From the NCBI GenBank assembly GCA_016748015.1, contig JAAOMT010000441.1:434001-498000 (forward strand): a DNA stretch of 64,000 nt. Direction: 5' to 3'. The DNA is from Geosiphon pyriformis uo1 (taxonomy: Eukaryota > Fungi > Glomeromycota). The notes beneath the pieces were generated by a model. The model was not told the origin of the DNA. It saw nothing but the letters and a program-made list of their open reading frames with translations, and searched no databases. The position numbers and the translations under genes were made by a program. Below, piece by piece: positions 60,842-64,000 of the stretch; the stretch's first letter is position 1; the number at the start of each line of letters is the position of its first letter.

Positions 60842-63800
60842 TTGGTTGATTCCCTGATCATAACGAGAGCATAGAGTAGTCAAAGAAATATCTTCCTTTT
60901 CCCTTATTTTCTTCTGTTCTCTTTAGTTATTTCTTTACATACACCTTTGTTCGTGACCATAGATCCAGTAGGCTCTTCTGCTGGTGGGTCAGCATCTAGT
61001 TCAGCTGGTGTGAGAATCCATTCTGACACTAAAAAAAAGGCGCGCGTTGAGAGTGTTTATGCTCGTGGTCCATCTTACAAGAAAGCGAAGAAACCTGATT
61101 GTTTTGGTGTTGTTGTGGATTTGTTGGCTGGCTCTTTGCCTGTGGACATGCTACATGGTGGCATTGACGACCAGAAGAAATCTTGGGGTAGCGAAATGGA
61201 CAGTGAGGAATCAAGTGTTGGCAGAACTTCTGACATTGAGACCATGAAGAACACGATTGTGGAAGAAACAAGCTACATCGATTCTGACACTTCTGGGGAT
61301 AACGAACTAATGGGTAATGCTACACCAAAGGGTTTGAGAATAAGAATGTACATATTTGAATGCCCACTTAAGCAGCCTTCTTTCGTTGATGTGGGTGGTG
61401 CTGGCGATGTTTTGAAGCTCCCTCCTCACACGTTTAATAGATCCAATTAGTTGTTGCCAGTCGTGTCATGTGATCGGAAGATTCGGAGCTTTATTTTGGT
61501 GAAATTTTTTGCGTTGGATATTGAACTTTCTGCTGTTCCTAAGAAAACTGTTAGTGATAAGTTGATTTGTGTGAAAAAAATTTTTTATCAAGTTGATGGT
61601 TTTGGGGGGGCTTCGACTCCCTCAAAATTTCCTAGAATAATAAGGTTATCATTTACATCTGAAAAAAGTTTGATTAAGGCAAGGGATATGGCAATTTGTG
61701 AAAAAATTTTGGTAAATAATGATCTAAGAAAAGTAAACAGCCGTTCGGATCGGGAAGTGATTGTCAAGGAAATCCCAGTAGATCTTCCCAAATTGGCGAT
61801 TGAGGCAGTGTTTTCCAAGTTTGGCAAGATTATTTCAATCAAAGTGCAGCTTATTGGTCTTTGGCAAAAGACCCTAGTGGAATATAAATCATCTGAGATA
61901 GCTGATTTGGTCACGGCTAAATGGTCTGTGCTCATAGAAAAAGATTCTGTTTGCATGGCAAAGGCAAATGTTGATAAACAAACATAGATATCTAGGGATC
62001 AGCATCGGGTGTTGCTTTACACTCTTCCAGTTGGCACTACTGCTCATGATTTGTCTGCATTGGTGGAGGCCTATGGTAGAAAAACTTGTTTTATTGGCCG
62101 TAAACCATCTTCATATGTTCGTAATCGGTGTGCTGTAATTTGTTTTGAAAGTGAGGCATCCAAGCTGGCTGCTATTGGTTCAGTTCCAGTTTTCAAAGGT
62201 GTGGGCTTGCGTTGGGCTGGTCTTTCTTTGGCCAGTTGCACTCATTGCAAACTGTTTGGTCATACTGCTGTTGATTGCTCTGTGAGTAGGGGGTTTGGGG
62301 GTCGTGGGAAACGTGTGGTGACTTCTCAGGATAGGGTACGGTTGGCCAATATTTATAGGAAGAAGCAGGCACCAATTGTCTGTTCAGTTTCTTTTGGTGG
62401 AAAAACATGGGCCCAAGTGGCAGGCAGCTCTTCCTCTCGTGTTGTCTCTTCAGGTGCTCCTGGTGTTGGTTTGATCTCTGGTTCGAAGACTTTCTCAATG
62501 GATCTCTTCTTATCTGGTGCTGCTGATCTAGGTGGTCACCTAGCTGTGCTGAAACACTTCATGGAAATTCTTTTGGACCAAGTCTCGCTCATTTTAAAGA
62601 AATTAAGTTTCGTTGACTTGGTGTCATTGGCACCCTCTCTCTCAGCTCTTCCTTTGGTGTCTCCAACTGCCATTGTTTTAGATATGGACTCAGGTTTGGC
62701 TTTGGATAGTACGTTGTTATCATCTGCCTCTTCTCCTCCCAATATTGGTAAGTCGATTGTTGATTTCAGTCCGAGCAGTTCTAAGGTTTTGACTGCCAAG
62801 ATTGGTGGTTTGGAGTCGAACATAGTGGCTCTTGAGACTTCAGTTCACTCAGTTTTGGATAGATTGGATCATCTGTGTTCTGGATTGGGTTCGTTGGCTT
62901 TTCCTCCATCTCAATGAGTAGTTTGGTTTGGAAATTTGCTATGTGCAACGTTTAGGGTATCAATGTTCCTGCAAAGCAAGCAAATGTTGTTTGTTGGCAT
63001 GTAAACTCGGGGAATATGGTTTTTTTTATCACTGAGACTAAGTTAAGGTCCTCTTCTGGGCCATGAATAAAGGACAAATTTGATGGAGTGCGAATATTTT
63101 TTTCTGGCTTGGATAAGGGTTTTATGGGTGCTGAGGTTGCAATTGTTATGAACACTTCTTTGGCCCATCATGTATCTAAGGTGGAGGAAATTTCTGGTTG
63201 GGTTATTTCTGTTCGGCTCCTGTTTAAGGGCAAGCTCTCGGTTACTGTTTTGGGGTTGTATGCTGGTGCCTCCTCTGGGGCTAGATTTGGTCAGGCTTCT
63301 GAAGTTAACTTTCTCATTGCAAAGGCAGTCAACTTCAGCAATTTTGTTATCTTGGGTGGGGATTTTAATGAGAATGGATCTGGTAGAAGTGCTAGTTTCA
63401 AGTTTTGTTTGAGTTTGGGTTTGGTCAATTCATTTGTTGGTCATTATTTGGCTAATTTTTATACGTAGAACAATTCGAGAGGGGTTGGGAAAATGATTGA
63501 TTACATTTTTATTGGTAGTAATTTGTCTTCTGCTGTTGCTGGTCATCAAGTTGTCTCTGTTTCAGATTTCTTTAACACCAATCACAAGGCAGTTGTGGTT
63601 TCAGTCGGTTTGGGTGGGCTTTTAGATGTACAATTGAATAGTTTGCGCAAGCAGGCAAATAAAGATCATTGAAAGTTCAAAATCAAGAATGCTGACTGTG
63701 TTGGATGGGCTAAGTTTAAGGATCTCTCATCAGCTAAACTTTTGTCTTTGGGTGAAGTGTTCTCTGGTGCCGAAATACATGGTAATGTGGATGCTATGTG

Positions 63801-64000
63801 GGCAGTTTTGGTGAGAACTGTGATGGATTCTGCTGATGTGACATTTTCAAGACATTGGTTTAATGAATTCAAGTGTTCGAGAAACAAACATTCTTCTAGG
63901 TTTTTTGGTCTGGAATTGTTGATGGCCAAGATTGTCAAAAAATTTTGCTCTGGTGACTTGCTGGGTGCTAATTGTCTTGTGAGTAAATGGTCAACTCTAG
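60842..64000 (+). mobile_element. Second non-LTR retrotransposon (ORF1 + start of APE ORF2), truncated by the window edge
   Basis: Abrupt GC rise at ~60842. ORF1 60947-62917 with two stops and a CTHCKLFGHTAVDC knuckle. ORF2 from 62914: WKFAMCNV.G, ITETKL, LGGDFN, IDYIF, TNH. Confidence 0.92.

Overview
Eukaryotic, intron-rich fungal DNA. AT richness, gene content and TE families point to Glomeromycotina; the TE proteins resemble Geosiphon-type sequences as I recall them (inference). Host genes: PPP1R21/KLRAQ-like (+, 755-4224), adenosine kinase (-), TAF8-like (-), an intronless La-motif/RRM gene (+), a mitochondrial LEA-like gene (-) and a Tctex-1 dynein light chain (-). About two thirds of the window is nested transposable elements. 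(1) A full-length APE-RT-RNase H non-LTR element (-, ~11.8-28.8 kb) is interrupted by Ty3/Gypsy copy 1 (15876-26081, TSD CTGT). (2) A Tc1/IS630-like DNA transposon relic (29089-41958, 30-bp TIRs, TA TSD) is interrupted by Gypsy copy 2 (29829-39412, TSD ATGC). (3) An ancient Gypsy gag is interrupted by a hAT relic (~52.0-55.4 kb). (4) Two head-to-head LINE ORF1 relics follow, then a second young LINE running off the right edge. The best candidate for an undescribed system is the Gypsy family, which has a complex-retrovirus-like layout: an AUG-less N-terminal Gag extension, a triple Cys4 zinc-binding insert plus a dUTPase between protease and RT, integrase in a separate ORF after a conserved pol stop, an extra non-env ORF3 running into the 3' LTR, a phased 20-bp palindromic array in U3, and a duplicated covarying hairpin module in U5. 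All TE copies show almost purely C>T/G>A decay. All alignments and counts were made by eye.
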